Notes: generated from the letters alone by a model not told the origin. DNA of 64,000 nt from Candidatus Entotheonellaceae bacterium (GCA_965238075.1 OZ250173.1:992001-1056000); one strand, 5' to 3'. Numbered from the stretch's first letter, positions 41,556 to 51,594 are shown. A program made the numbers and translations.

Positions 41556-42280
41556 ATCCGACTGGCGCCGCGGCCGCCGCGGCGCGCGACTACGTGCGCT
41601 ATTTGCAGCGCCTCGGCGTTACGGAACTGCCGTTGGTGCTGCCATCGCCGCGCGGCGCCGCGGTGGGCCCGAACGTCTCAAGCGCGGCGCCGTCCGCAGC
41701 CGACGACGCCGCGCAGTTGGCGCAACTGGCGGCCTCCGTCAGGGATTGCCAGGCCTGCCGACTGCACGAGGGCCGCCGGCAGGTGGTGTTCGGCACCGGC
41801 AACCCGGCAGCTGACCTGGTATTCGTCGGCGAGGCGCCGGGACGCGACGAGGACCTCCAGGGCGAGCCGTTCGTCGGCGCGGCCGGCCAGCTTCTCACCC
41901 GCATCATTCAGGCCATCGGCCTGACCCGTCAGGACGTCTACATTCTCAACGTCATCAAGTGCCGCCCGCCGCAGAACCGCAACCCGCAGCCCGACGAGGT
42001 GGCGGCGTGCCGGCCGATCATCGACAAGCAACTCGCCTGCCTGAAGCCGCGCGTCATCTGCGCCCTCGGCGCGTTTGCGGCGCAGGCCCTGCTGCATACC
42101 GATGAGCGCATTTCGCGCCTGCGCGGGCGATTTCACTCAATGGGCGACATCCTGGTGCGGCCCACCTTCCACCCGGCGTACCTGCTGCGCAATCCGCAGG
42201 ACAAGCGCAAGGTGTGGGAGGACATGCAGGACATTCAGCGTGAATTGGGCCTGCCGGGCCGGGGAGGACAAGGGAGATGA
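41552..42280 (+). CDS. Uracil-DNA glycosylase family 4
   Basis: [30 protein letters not shown]. Confidence 0.93.
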   Translation: MNPTGAAAAAARDYVRYLQRLGVTELPLVLPSPRGAAVGPNVSSAAPSAADDAAQLAQLAASVRDCQACRLHEGRRQVVFGTGNPAADLVFVGEAPGRDEDLQGEPFVGAAGQLLTRIIQAIGLTRQDVYILNVIKCRPPQNRNPQPDEVAACRPIIDKQLACLKPRVICALGAFAAQALLHTDERISRLRGRFHSMGDILVRPTFHPAYLLRNPQDKRKVWEDMQDIQRELGLPGRGGQGR

Positions 42281-44862
42281 GAGAGGGACCGCAGAAGCGC
42301 CCGCCGAGGCACGGCAGGTCGCGGAATCCACACGCAAACGTCAGAGCGCCGATACGCAGCGGCGGCGCACGACCGCCGAGACGGTCGGCCCAGGCCCGGC
42401 GGCGGCGGCGCATCCTGCGCCGCGTGCTCGTCGGCTTTGCCGTTTTGATGCTGTTGGGCATTGCCGGCGTCGGCACGGCGGGCTACGTCGCGTATCGGGA
42501 CCTGGCGACCGACTTACCCGACGTGGCGGCGCTCGAAGATTATCAGCCCAGCCTGGTCACCGAGGTGTACGACCGCCACGAACAACTGATCGCCGAGTTC
42601 TTCGTCGAAAAACGCCGCCTGGTGCACCTCACCGAAATCCCTATCTACGTGCGGCACGCGACAATTGCCGCCGAAGACAGCCGTTTCTACTCGCACAGCG
42701 GCGTGGATTACATCGGTATCGGGCGCGCCGTCTGGGTGAACCTGCGCGCCGGCACCACACGCGAGGGCGCCAGCACGATTACCCAGCAGGTGGCGCGCAA
42801 TCTCTTCCTCACCCGCGAGCGCACGCTGCGGCGCAAAATTCGCGAGGCCATACTGGCCCGTCGCATCGAGCAGCAGTACGACAAAGACAGCATCCTGCAA
42901 ATCTATCTGAACCAGATTTTCTACGGCCACAACACCTACGGCATCGAGGCGGCAGCCCAGCTTTACTGCGACAAATCCGTGGCCGATCTCAGCCTCGCCG
43001 ATGGCGCCATGATCGCCGGTCTGCCGCCGGCCCCGAACACGTATTCACCGCTGAGAAACCCACAGCGCAGCCTGCGGCGGCGGGTACACGTCCTGCGGCG
43101 CATGGTAGACGAGGGTTATCTGGATCCCGAAGCGGCGACAGCGGCGGAACAGGAACCGGTGTGCTCTCCCGGCGAGCGTCCGCACGTCACCCATCGCGTC
43201 AACAAGGCGCCGTATTTCATTGAGCACGTGCGTCAGCATCTGGAAGACGAATACGGCCCGACGGCGCTGTACCGCGGCGGTTTCACGGTGCACACGACGC
43301 TGGATCTGCGGCTGCAACAGGCGGCGCAACGGGCCATCCAGGATGGCCTGTTGACGGTGGACAAGCGCATCCGCCGCGGCGCTTGGAAGCGGCCCTCCCG
43401 CAGCGTGGTGCTCACCTCGGACGCCGCCCGCAACACCACGCTGATCGAGAAGATCACCATGACGCACGGCGCCTCTCCGAAGGTGCGCGACGGGGACTTG
43501 TTGACCGGCGTGGTGCTGGAGGCGCAGGCAGATAGCGCCACCGTGGCCGTCCGCAAGTCGCGCGGCGTGATCAAGCCGGCGGGCATCGAGTGGATCCGAT
43601 CGGTGGCCGGCGAGCCGGGCAAGTTCGACGGTCATTTGACGCGGTTGCTGCGGCGCGGCGACGTCGTACGAGTGCAGGTTATGCAGCCCGACCCCGAGGG
43701 ATTGTCGCACCAGTTGGCGCTGGAGCAGGACCCGGAGGTGCAGGGGGCGTTGCTGGCGCTGGAGGCCAGCAGCAACCACGTGTTGGCCATGATCGGCGGC
43801 TACGACTTTGACAGCAGCCAGTTCAACCGGGCGCTGCGGGCGGTTCGACAGCCCGGTTCGGCGTTCAAGCCGGTCATCTTCGCCGCCGCCATCGAAGCCG
43901 GCATGAATCCGACCTCGCAGGTCGCGGACGAGCCCATCGTGCGCGAGATTCCCGGGGGCGGCACGTGGGAACCGGAAAACTATGACCAGAAATTCCTCGG
44001 GCCGATCCCGCTGCGCCTGGCGCTTACCAAGTCGCGCAATCTGGCGACCATCGACGTGCTGGAGAAAATCGGTGTGGATGCCGCCTGCGCCTACGCCCGG
44101 CGGCTCGTCGTGCGCCGCAAACTGCCGTGCGTGCTGTCCCTGGCCCTGGGGGCCGCGGAGATGACACTGCTCGACGTCACGACCCTCTACGGGGTGTTTG
44201 CCAACCAGGGGATTCATACCGAGCCGGTGTTCATTACCCGCATCGTGGACCGCTATGGAACGGTTAAGGAAGAGCACATGCTGACGGCGCAGCGCGTGAT
44301 GAGCCCGGAGGTGGCCTACACCGTCACCAACATGCTGGAGAGCGTCGTGCAGCACGGCACCGGGCGAGGGGTGCGCGCCCTGGAGCGCCCGGCGGCAGGC
44401 AAGACGGGTACCACGAACGACTTCCACGACGCCTGGTTTATCGGTTATACGCCCGAGATCGTCACCGGCGTATGGGTGGGATTCGACAATCAGATCTCGC
44501 TGGGCAAACGCGAGGGCGGCGGCCGGGTGGCGGCGCCGATCTGGCTGGCGTTCATGCAAAAGGCGTTGCAGGGGCACCCGGTGACGGCTTTTCCGATCCC
44601 GCCGGGCATCCGCTTTGTCCGTCAGGCCGCGCAGGATGAAACGGCTGCCATCACGCGCACGCCAGAGGGCGACCCCAATTTCGAGGTGTTCATCGACCCG
44701 AATTACGCCACCTCAACCGCCGCCTTGATCAACGGCACGGTGACAGCCGTTCCCCTGTTGGCCGAGCCTTCGGCCCCCACCGGCGATACCGTTCAGCCGT
44801 CCCGCCGAAGGCTCAATCAACTGGATCGCCGGCGTCGGGATACTGAAACGCCGGCGCGTTGA
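42277..44862 (+). CDS. mrcA: Penicillin-binding protein 1A
   Basis: EDSRFYSH, GASTITQQVARN, RKIRE, SAFK, SRN, KTGT. Confidence 0.93.
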   Translation: MREGPQKRPPRHGRSRNPHANVRAPIRSGGARPPRRSAQARRRRRILRRVLVGFAVLMLLGIAGVGTAGYVAYRDLATDLPDVAALEDYQPSLVTEVYDRHEQLIAEFFVEKRRLVHLTEIPIYVRHATIAAEDSRFYSHSGVDYIGIGRAVWVNLRAGTTREGASTITQQVARNLFLTRERTLRRKIREAILARRIEQQYDKDSILQIYLNQIFYGHNTYGIEAAAQLYCDKSVADLSLADGAMIAGLPPAPNTYSPLRNPQRSLRRRVHVLRRMVDEGYLDPEAATAAEQEPVCSPGERPHVTHRVNKAPYFIEHVRQHLEDEYGPTALYRGGFTVHTTLDLRLQQAAQRAIQDGLLTVDKRIRRGAWKRPSRSVVLTSDAARNTTLIEKITMTHGASPKVRDGDLLTGVVLEAQADSATVAVRKSRGVIKPAGIEWIRSVAGEPGKFDGHLTRLLRRGDVVRVQVMQPDPEGLSHQLALEQDPEVQGALLALEASSNHVLAMIGGYDFDSSQFNRALRAVRQPGSAFKPVIFAAAIEAGMNPTSQVADEPIVREIPGGGTWEPENYDQKFLGPIPLRLALTKSRNLATIDVLEKIGVDAACAYARRLVVRRKLPCVLSLALGAAEMTLLDVTTLYGVFANQGIHTEPVFITRIVDRYGTVKEEHMLTAQRVMSPEVAYTVTNMLESVVQHGTGRGVRALERPAAGKTGTTNDFHDAWFIGYTPEIVTGVWVGFDNQISLGKREGGGRVAAPIWLAFMQKALQGHPVTAFPIPPGIRFVRQAAQDETAAITRTPEGDPNFEVFIDPNYATSTAALINGTVTAVPLLAEPSAPTGDTVQPSRRRLNQLDRRRRDTETPAR

Positions 44863-46732
44863 TCTGGATGATCTTGCCCTCCCGAACGCTCAACACGTAA
44901 AGCACTTTTTCCGCATCCCCATTGGCGTTCATCGTCGTGACGCCGGAGACGCCGGGGAAGCCGCGTATCTGCGCCAAGCCGTCGCGCAGTTCGGGGCGCG
45001 TTCGCGCCCCGGTTCGCAGCACCTGGGCGCACATCATCAGGGTGTCGTAGGCCTGCGCTGCCAGCAGATCGGGAACGGCGCCGTAGCGGTCGCGAAAAGC
45101 GCTCACGAACGCCGCCACGTGCGGCACCGGCGAATCCGCGTAGAAGCCGTCCACGAATACCGCCCCATCCACCACCCACGCCGGGATGGTCGTGATCTCC
45201 GAATGGTTCCAGCCGTCGGTTCCCAACAACTGGACCCCGGCTTCAGCATCATAGGCCAGCTCCGGGGCGAGGCGTGCGATGTTGTCGGCGTAGTCCGGCA
45301 CCAGCAGGGCATCGTAAGTCTCGGTGCGGATACGCCGCACGGCGCGGTGGACGTCTTGGGCGGCGGGTGGGTAGGCGGCTTTCACCACCACCCGGCCGTT
45401 GTGGTCGGCGAGCGCGGCGCTGAAGTGGTCGGCGAGCGCGGCGCCATAGGCATCGTCCGGGTAAAGGATGGCGAAACGCCTGCGGCCCAGCCGTTGGGTG
45501 GCGTATGAGGCCAGCAGACGGCCCTGCATGGCATCGGTCAGGCTGTTGCGAAAGGCGTAGCGGCTGAGCTGCGGGAACTGACTGTCGCGCGCGAATGGCG
45601 AGATGAGCGGCACGCCCAGCTTGTCGGCGAGGGGCGCCAGCTTCTCGGCGGTCTGGCTGAGCAGCGGGCCGATGACGCCAATGACGTGTGCTTCCTCGGC
45701 CAAGGCGTGCAGCGCGCTGCGGGCCGTCTCGGTGCTGGCGCCGGTGTCGCGAATGACCAGCGACAGGTCGAGTTCGGCATGGCGTCGTTGCAGCGTGTCG
45801 AGGGCGAGTTGCACGCTCTGCAGGGCCGACCTGCCGATCTGCCCGGTGGGGCCGGACAGCGGCAGCAGAACGCCGAGCCTGGTGGGGTCGGTGTCAAGCA
45901 TGGCCTCAAGCGTTTGCAAGCGTTCCAGCGTCGTGGCGGCGCCGGGATGCTCCGCGAAGGCGTCGGCCAAGCGGCGCAGGGCGTCGACTTCGGACGGCAC
46001 GTTGCCGGCGCTGCGGTGCCTTTGCGCCAGTTGGGCCAGGATCAGGTCGCCGGGATAGACGGCCGGAAAGCGATGCGAAAGGGCGTCGAGCTGCGGGGCG
46101 TCGAGGTGGTCGCGGACGACGTCGCCGAGCAGGTCGCGGGATTTTTTGGCCAGCGCGGGATCGCCAGCAGCAGCAGCCATGGCCAATTCGCTGATGGCTT
46201 CCCCGTATGTTCGCAGGGCAACCGACGCGGCGCCGAGGTGGTAGTGGGCGCGCGCCGCCTGCGCCGGCGTGGGGGAGGCGTCAAGGGCGCCCTGCAGGGC
46301 CACCCAGCTGCCAGTGTAGTCCCGCTGATCGTAGCGCACCCGTCCCAGGCCGAGATACGCCTCCGCCCGCAGCTCGGAATCCGGGAAGTTGCCGATCAGG
46401 TCCGTGTAGGCCGCGACGGCGTCATCCAGACGGTTCAACGCGGCGGCCAGTTTCCCGGTGGCCAGCCGCGCGTCGTCGCCCAGTGGGCTGTCGGGGAACC
46501 GCTCCATGAAGTCGGCGAACGCCTGCAACGCTTCGGCGTTGTGCTCGTTGCGGCGCAACGCCGAAACGGCCGCGAACACCTCTTCGGCGCTCGGTTCGAC
46601 GCTGGCCTGCGGCGGCTCGGGCTCGGGTGTTGGTGCTGGCGGCCTTGAACACCCGGCGAGGAACAGCAGTGTCAGCACCAGGCAGACCGTGCGCGTCCAT
46701 CGCGTGTACCGGGTGGATCGAGGGGCTTTCAT
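44813..46732 (-). CDS. TPR plus periplasmic-binding-fold lipoprotein (LpoA-like PBP activator)
   Basis: Lipobox LFLAGC, BamD-like TPRs, LGVLLPLSG and IGPL motifs; convergent with PBP1A. Confidence 0.8.
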   Translation of the reverse strand: MKAPRSTRYTRWTRTVCLVLTLLFLAGCSRPPAPTPEPEPPQASVEPSAEEVFAAVSALRRNEHNAEALQAFADFMERFPDSPLGDDARLATGKLAAALNRLDDAVAAYTDLIGNFPDSELRAEAYLGLGRVRYDQRDYTGSWVALQGALDASPTPAQAARAHYHLGAASVALRTYGEAISELAMAAAAGDPALAKKSRDLLGDVVRDHLDAPQLDALSHRFPAVYPGDLILAQLAQRHRSAGNVPSEVDALRRLADAFAEHPGAATTLERLQTLEAMLDTDPTRLGVLLPLSGPTGQIGRSALQSVQLALDTLQRRHAELDLSLVIRDTGASTETARSALHALAEEAHVIGVIGPLLSQTAEKLAPLADKLGVPLISPFARDSQFPQLSRYAFRNSLTDAMQGRLLASYATQRLGRRRFAILYPDDAYGAALADHFSAALADHNGRVVVKAAYPPAAQDVHRAVRRIRTETYDALLVPDYADNIARLAPELAYDAEAGVQLLGTDGWNHSEITTIPAWVVDGAVFVDGFYADSPVPHVAAFVSAFRDRYGAVPDLLAAQAYDTLMMCAQVLRTGARTRPELRDGLAQIRGFPGVSGVTTMNANGDAEKVLYVLSVREGKIIQINAPAFQYPDAGDPVD

Positions 46733-46804
46733 TGCAACTCCGGGAATAGGGATAAGACCGGATGGCGGCGGCGCGCCGGGTGGGCGGGACAAGCCCGCGG
46801 GGTT

Positions 46805-47035
46805 CTACTCGATCACTTCGAGGATCTGGCGTTTTTCTTTCTGGGCTCTGGCGGCGTTCAGGATGGTTCGCATGGCGGTGATGGTGCGACCCTGCTTGCC
46901 GATGACCTTGCCGATGTCGCCGGGGGCGACGCGCAACTCAATGACTACCGCGTGCTCGCCCTCGATGGCTCTGACCTGGACTTCCTCGGGGTTCTCAACA
47001 ATGGTCTTGGCGATCTGTTCGATAAGTTCTTTCAT
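46805..47035 (-). CDS. khpA: KH-domain RNA-binding protein
   Basis: MKELIEQIAKTIVENPEEV...DIGKVIGKQGRTITAMRTIL; GAGGGG RBS. Confidence 0.92.
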   Translation of the reverse strand: MKELIEQIAKTIVENPEEVQVRAIEGEHAVVIELRVAPGDIGKVIGKQGRTITAMRTILNAARAQKEKRQILEVIE

Positions 47036-47285
47036 CGGTTTCCCCTCAACCAAGGTATCGGTCGCTAGCGCTCCCGGTACCCTGTCTTCTACGCTCGCCG
47101 ACGCTCCGCTTCGGCAAGCTGTGGTGCCGGGCGTCTGAGGGCAGACGCCGGCGGCGACTTGGCCGGGTCTTCGCGCGACGCCTGCCAAAAGCGGGGAAGT
47201 GCTGGGCCGGTTCGGCACGCCAAAAAAGTGCGCTATGGTAGTGTCAAACGATACATCGCGCAAGGACGGGTGGGCTGGCGCGGTA

Positions 47286-48710
47286 TCAGGGGCGCTCCGC
47301 GCCGTCGTCGGGTGGGTCTGTGGCCCTCTGATAGTCGTCCTGGTAGCGGGTGATGTCGTCCTCACCGAAATAACTGCCGAGCTGGATTTCGACGAACTGC
47401 AGGTCGCTGTCGTAGGAGTTGATCATGCGGTGTCGGCAGCCTTGGGCGACGAAGATGTAGTCGCCGGTTTTGATGTCGCGGGTGACGTCGTTGAGGATGA
47501 CCTGCCCGGCGCCGCGCACGACGATCCAGTGCTCCTCGCGGTGCTCGTGCGATTGGTAGGACAGGCGGGCGTGCGGGGCGACGGTGATGACCTTGGCCTT
47601 GAAGTGCTGCGGTGCGGCCAGCACCTCGTAGCGGCCCCAGGGGCGTACGTCGAAGCGGTGGTCGTGCTGCGCGGCGGCGGGCAGGCCCTGCTGCCTGACG
47701 GCTTCCACGATTTCCCGCACCCGGTGGCTCTGGCCCTTGCGGGTCACCAACAGGGCGTCGTCGGTATCGACGATGATGAGGTCGTCCACGCCGGCCAGGC
47801 CGTACACCTTGGCGCCTTGCGGATACACGTAGTTGTTGTCGGCGGCAGCCGTGAACACGTGGGCGCCGGAAGCGCCGCCGTTCGACAGGGCGCTCACCTC
47901 TTCCCAGGAACCCACGTCGCTCCAGCCGATGTCGCAGGGAATACACAACAGGGAATCCAGGCGCTCCAGAATGCCGTAGTCGAAGCTGAGCGGTTCGATC
48001 TGCTCGTAAATGGCCGCGAGGTTTGAACACGAAGTGTCAATGGTTGCGATGCCCCGCCACAAGTCGGGCAGCAACGATTGGAAGTGCCCGACCATCGTGT
48101 CGACACGGAACAGGAAGATGCCGGCGTTCCACAGGCAGTTGCCGGCGGCGAGCAACCGGCGCGCCGTGGCCTCGTCCGGCTTTTCGACAAACCGCCTGGC
48201 GGTCAGAACGCGGGGGGCTTCGCGCACCGGGTCGTTATCTGCGGTCTCGATGTAGCCGAACGTGACCGCCGGGCGCGTTGGCGTGATGCCGAGGGTGACC
48301 ACCTTGCCCTTGGCGGCGTACCCGGCCGCCAACTCGACCGCCCGCCGCAGGCCCTCGTCGTCCTCAACCAGATGATCCGCCGGAAAGATGCCCACCACCT
48401 CGCCGCCCTTGCCCCACAGGGTGAACAGGCGGCACACCAGCGCAATGGCCGGCGCCGTGTTGCGGCCGAACGGCTCGTAAACCACCTGTGACTCCGGCAG
48501 GCCGACCTGCCCGCACACTTCGCGTGTGCGCCCCCGTAACGCCTGCGCGGTCACCGTCCACGGGCTGCCCAGGGGCAGCAGCCGCTTCAGCGTTTTCAGG
48601 TACAGGCTTTCATTCGCATCGAACAGGTCGCAGAACGGCTTCGGCCACGACGCCCGCGACACCGGCCACAGCCGCGCCCCACTCCCGCCCGACATCACAA
48701 CAGGTATCAT
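47286..48710 (-). CDS. manC: Mannose-1-phosphate guanylyltransferase / mannose-6-phosphate isomerase
   Basis: SGGSGARLWPVSR, EPFGRNTAPA, FVEKP, WSDVGSW, RPWG, cupin QSHEHREEHW. Confidence 0.93.
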   Translation of the reverse strand: MIPVVMSGGSGARLWPVSRASWPKPFCDLFDANESLYLKTLKRLLPLGSPWTVTAQALRGRTREVCGQVGLPESQVVYEPFGRNTAPAIALVCRLFTLWGKGGEVVGIFPADHLVEDDEGLRRAVELAAGYAAKGKVVTLGITPTRPAVTFGYIETADNDPVREAPRVLTARRFVEKPDEATARRLLAAGNCLWNAGIFLFRVDTMVGHFQSLLPDLWRGIATIDTSCSNLAAIYEQIEPLSFDYGILERLDSLLCIPCDIGWSDVGSWEEVSALSNGGASGAHVFTAAADNNYVYPQGAKVYGLAGVDDLIIVDTDDALLVTRKGQSHRVREIVEAVRQQGLPAAAQHDHRFDVRPWGRYEVLAAPQHFKAKVITVAPHARLSYQSHEHREEHWIVVRGAGQVILNDVTRDIKTGDYIFVAQGCRHRMINSYDSDLQFVEIQLGSYFGEDDITRYQDDYQRATDPPDDGAERP

Positions 48711-48803
48711 GCCTCGTCTCCCCATACGGCAAGCCTGCCGGACATCATGAAGATTCGGGATCCGCGTAATGAAGAATCGTGTGGTCCCTGATCGGGCCGC
48801 TCT

Positions 48804-49238
48804 TTACACCACGGGATCAGGTGCTTCTTCCCACGTCGCATGTGCCGCCAAGTCGACCGAGTGTTGCTTTTGCAACTCTCGTCGGTCGGGACGATCAGAC
48901 AAATTGAGGCAAATGTCCGCATGATATGGGTTGGATTCGACTGGCGTGGCTTCCACGATTCTTCCGTTTGAAGCCGCATTGTTGGCGGTTAAGATCGCCC
49001 AACCGTAAAAGGTCTTGCCGGCGGGATCCCTTTCCTGGCCTCTTGCCGTCGTGAGCGTTGCCATCTCCAGGCGCGTGGCAAAGTCCATGCGGTCGACGGA
49101 AATCCGGTTATCGGCCGGGCGCACCAGAAACGCCTCCGGGATGGGCTGTGGCCGGTTGGCTCGTTTGGCCTGTCGACTCGAAAACACGCTTCGACCGAGA
49201 TACTCCGCCCCATGCAATGGCGGCGTCTTGTTACGCAA
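48804..49238 (-). CDS. Hypothetical protein, ADP-ribosyltransferase/RES-like motif pattern
   Basis: EYLGR, PEAF, ISVDR, NPYHADI; TTG start overlaps the upstream stop. CDS likely, function inferred. Confidence 0.6.
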   Translation of the reverse strand: MRNKTPPLHGAEYLGRSVFSSRQAKRANRPQPIPEAFLVRPADNRISVDRMDFATRLEMATLTTARGQERDPAGKTFYGWAILTANNAASNGRIVEATPVESNPYHADICLNLSDRPDRRELQKQHSVDLAAHATWEEAPDPVV

Positions 49239-49788
49239 GGTTCTGCTGCCAGAGAGACGTCCCGCCCAATGCCCGCAGCTGCGCCTTCAGGAACTCGTCA
49301 GGCAGCGCCGAAGAATCGTCGTAGCGCCGCCGCCGGTTTTCTCCTTGTATGGACGCATAACACCCCGCTTCGCCGCGATTGTTCACCAGGATCAACAGCG
49401 CAGCCGTCACAACGGGGGATTTGAAGTAAATCGCAATCTCTCCGTCCATCGAGGGATATACGGCGGGCTCTATCGGACTATCTCCCAATGTGAAAAGAAG
49501 ACGCTTCACACTTCTCTTCGCCGCATCGCTGATGGACGGATAGCCTTCCTCGGCCGCTTCTTCGTCGATTTGCCTCAATTGCGCCAGAGCGTTCGGCATC
49601 CATCCCGCATGCAGGCCCCGCCTTTGTGCGACAGCCGAGGACAGCATCGACTGTTCGCTTACGTCCGGCAACTGAACTGCACGGGACGTCCATCCCTGAG
49701 ATTTGGGCGAGCGGAGGATCATCCGCGCCCCGTGCTCATCGCCGAAACGCGGCACCGGGTAGCGAATATGCCTAAGTACCTGATTCAT
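49231..49788 (-). CDS. Hypothetical protein (low-structure N-terminus, alpha/beta C-terminus)
   Basis: ATG 49788 overlaps the upstream gene by 17 bp; PAVYPSMDGEIAIYF segment. Confidence 0.6.
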   Translation of the reverse strand: MNQVLRHIRYPVPRFGDEHGARMILRSPKSQGWTSRAVQLPDVSEQSMLSSAVAQRRGLHAGWMPNALAQLRQIDEEAAEEGYPSISDAAKRSVKRLLFTLGDSPIEPAVYPSMDGEIAIYFKSPVVTAALLILVNNRGEAGCYASIQGENRRRRYDDSSALPDEFLKAQLRALGGTSLWQQNLA

Positions 49789-50509
49789 GATCAACTTCTT
49801 CCGTTTGATAGGCGATGCCGACGGCGCGGTCCGCGATATGGCAGATCCGGTCGATCCAGTGGAGCTCGTCTTCAAAACTCGACAGACCGGAGGCTGAAAC
49901 AAAAATGTGGGTCGTCACGAACAATCCATTGGCCAACACCTCGGACTGCTCCACTGAACGTCGCAACACCCTGTCTCCGTCGCGTTCAACGAGCGTAAAA
50001 CTGGCGGAGGGTCGATACTGCATGCTAGGCACGTTCGCCGCCGCGTTCGCCATTTCATCGCTGGAAAACCGGGCAAGGTGGGCTTCCGCAACACCGGCCA
50101 AGGGGGCCAGATGGCGATTGGCGACCACAGAGTATACGTGCGGCTCGTAGCCGCCGAGTTTTGGCAACAGGAGCGCCGCACCCCGGCTGACGATCTCATA
50201 GACCACCGGATAGTCGGTGCCAAGCAGGTTCGGGAAGGCGAACAGGAGCGAATCCGGTCGAAGGGTCATGGTGCTTGAGCCGCCGTACATCCGGTACGTG
50301 CACCAAGCGTCGCCGGGTTCCGAGGAGGAGGAGGCGCTGAAGTCACGGGGCAGAACCCGCACCAAGACGTCGCTGAAGTCGCGTGTGATACAGGAAACGA
50401 AGGTCTGCTTTGCCCCTTCCCAGTTGCTGATGAACGGGTGCAGGTGGAAGGTAAAGGATGCCTCATCTCGATCAATGCGCACCGGCATATCCTGCATCGG
50501 GCAACTCAC
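49772..50509 (-). CDS. Hypothetical protein (possibly TIGR04255/SecB-like)
   Basis: 245-aa ORF directly after a promoter; beta-rich pattern; family assignment tentative. Confidence 0.55.
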   Translation of the reverse strand: MSCPMQDMPVRIDRDEASFTFHLHPFISNWEGAKQTFVSCITRDFSDVLVRVLPRDFSASSSSEPGDAWCTYRMYGGSSTMTLRPDSLLFAFPNLLGTDYPVVYEIVSRGAALLLPKLGGYEPHVYSVVANRHLAPLAGVAEAHLARFSSDEMANAAANVPSMQYRPSASFTLVERDGDRVLRRSVEQSEVLANGLFVTTHIFVSASGLSSFEDELHWIDRICHIADRAVGIAYQTEEVDHESGT

Positions 50510-50573
50510 TTCACAACAAGTCGAAGGCTGGAATCCGCGTTGTTATTCCTTGAGGAAGGACTCGCGTGGGCGC

Positions 50574-50603
50574 ACTATAGATGCCGGGCTGTCGCCATGT
50601 CAA
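50574..50603 (-). promoter_or_regulatory. Sigma70-type promoter for the three-gene cassette
   Basis: Minus strand TTGACA-18 bp-TATAGT. Confidence 0.65.
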
Positions 50604-50626
50604 ACAGGCGTCCAAGGAGTTCCTCC

Positions 50627-51055
50627 ATGTCCTCTGCGCTGCCCACTCTGACCGTCGTGGCCGGGCTCATTCAGCGTCACGGCGACTTGCTGATTTGCCA
50701 GCGGCGGCGTGATGCGGCGTTCGCGTTGCAATGGGAATTTCCGGGCGGCAAGCTGGAGGCGGGCGAGGGCAGCGCGGCGGCGCTGCGCCGGGAGTTGCAG
50801 GAGGAGTTGGGCATCGTGGCCGACATCGGCGCCGGGCTGTACCGCACGCAGCACGACTATCCGGGGCTCTACAGCGTGAAGCTCGTTTTCCACCACGTCA
50901 GCCGCTTCCACGGCGACGTGTGCAACCGGGCCTTTGAGCAGATCCGCTGGGCCGCCCCGGACAGATTGCCGGCGTTCGACTTCCTGGCAGGCGATGCCGA
51001 ACTCATTGGCCTGCTGAACCGGGGGGAGATTTCCGTGCCGCCTACCCGTACCTGA
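50627..51055 (+). CDS. NUDIX hydrolase (MutT/NudG-like)
   Basis: WEFPGGKLEAGE...ALRRELQEELG Nudix box; AAGGAG RBS. Confidence 0.92.
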   Translation: MSSALPTLTVVAGLIQRHGDLLICQRRRDAAFALQWEFPGGKLEAGEGSAAALRRELQEELGIVADIGAGLYRTQHDYPGLYSVKLVFHHVSRFHGDVCNRAFEQIRWAAPDRLPAFDFLAGDAELIGLLNRGEISVPPTRT

Positions 51056-51085
51056 GCCACTGTATGTTGAGATTCCCGGGGGTGC

Positions 51086-51583
51086 TTAACCCTTCCCGTC
51101 TTCCTCGGCCATGCACGCCAGCAGCAAATCCAGCGCCGCCTGCGCAAACGTCCACATGTTCGCTTCGCGGTCGGTTTCCCCGGTTTCCAGCGTGATGGCG
51201 CGCGTCACCGGGCCGGCGACCGCGATGCAGGCGTGCCCGGCAGCGTCGCCGTAGCGGTTGCCGGTGGGGCCGCTGGCGCCGGTTTCGGCCAGGCCCCAGG
51301 TGGCGCCCAGGGTTTCGCGGATGGTGCGGGCGTTCAGCAGCGCGTAAGCCTCCGTGCTGGCCCGCAGCCCCTGCATGGCCTGCGGGCCGATCGCCAACAG
51401 CCCCTCGCGCGACGCCGCGGTATAGATCACGCCGCCGCCGAGGTAATACGCCGAGGCCCCCGGCACCGCCACCAGGGTTGCCGAGATGAGGCCGCCGCAG
51501 GAAGATTCCGATACCCCCAGCGAGGCGCCGGAGGCTTTCAGGCGCTCGCCGACCGACGACGCCATGGCTGATAATCGAGACAT
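51086..51583 (-). CDS. CinA C-terminal / PncC-like protein
   Basis: SESSCGGLIS, PGASAYY, ETGASGPTG. Confidence 0.85.
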   Translation of the reverse strand: MSRLSAMASSVGERLKASGASLGVSESSCGGLISATLVAVPGASAYYLGGGVIYTAASREGLLAIGPQAMQGLRASTEAYALLNARTIRETLGATWGLAETGASGPTGNRYGDAAGHACIAVAGPVTRAITLETGETDREANMWTFAQAALDLLLACMAEEDGKG

Positions 51584-51594
51584 CGCTTCCCTCC

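Noticed and set aside
50627-51583. NUDIX and CinA/PncC as NAD-related partners of the ART-like cassette
   Set aside because: Both look like ordinary host-GC housekeeping genes, the NUDIX is divergent and MutT/NudG-like, and nothing beyond proximity links them.
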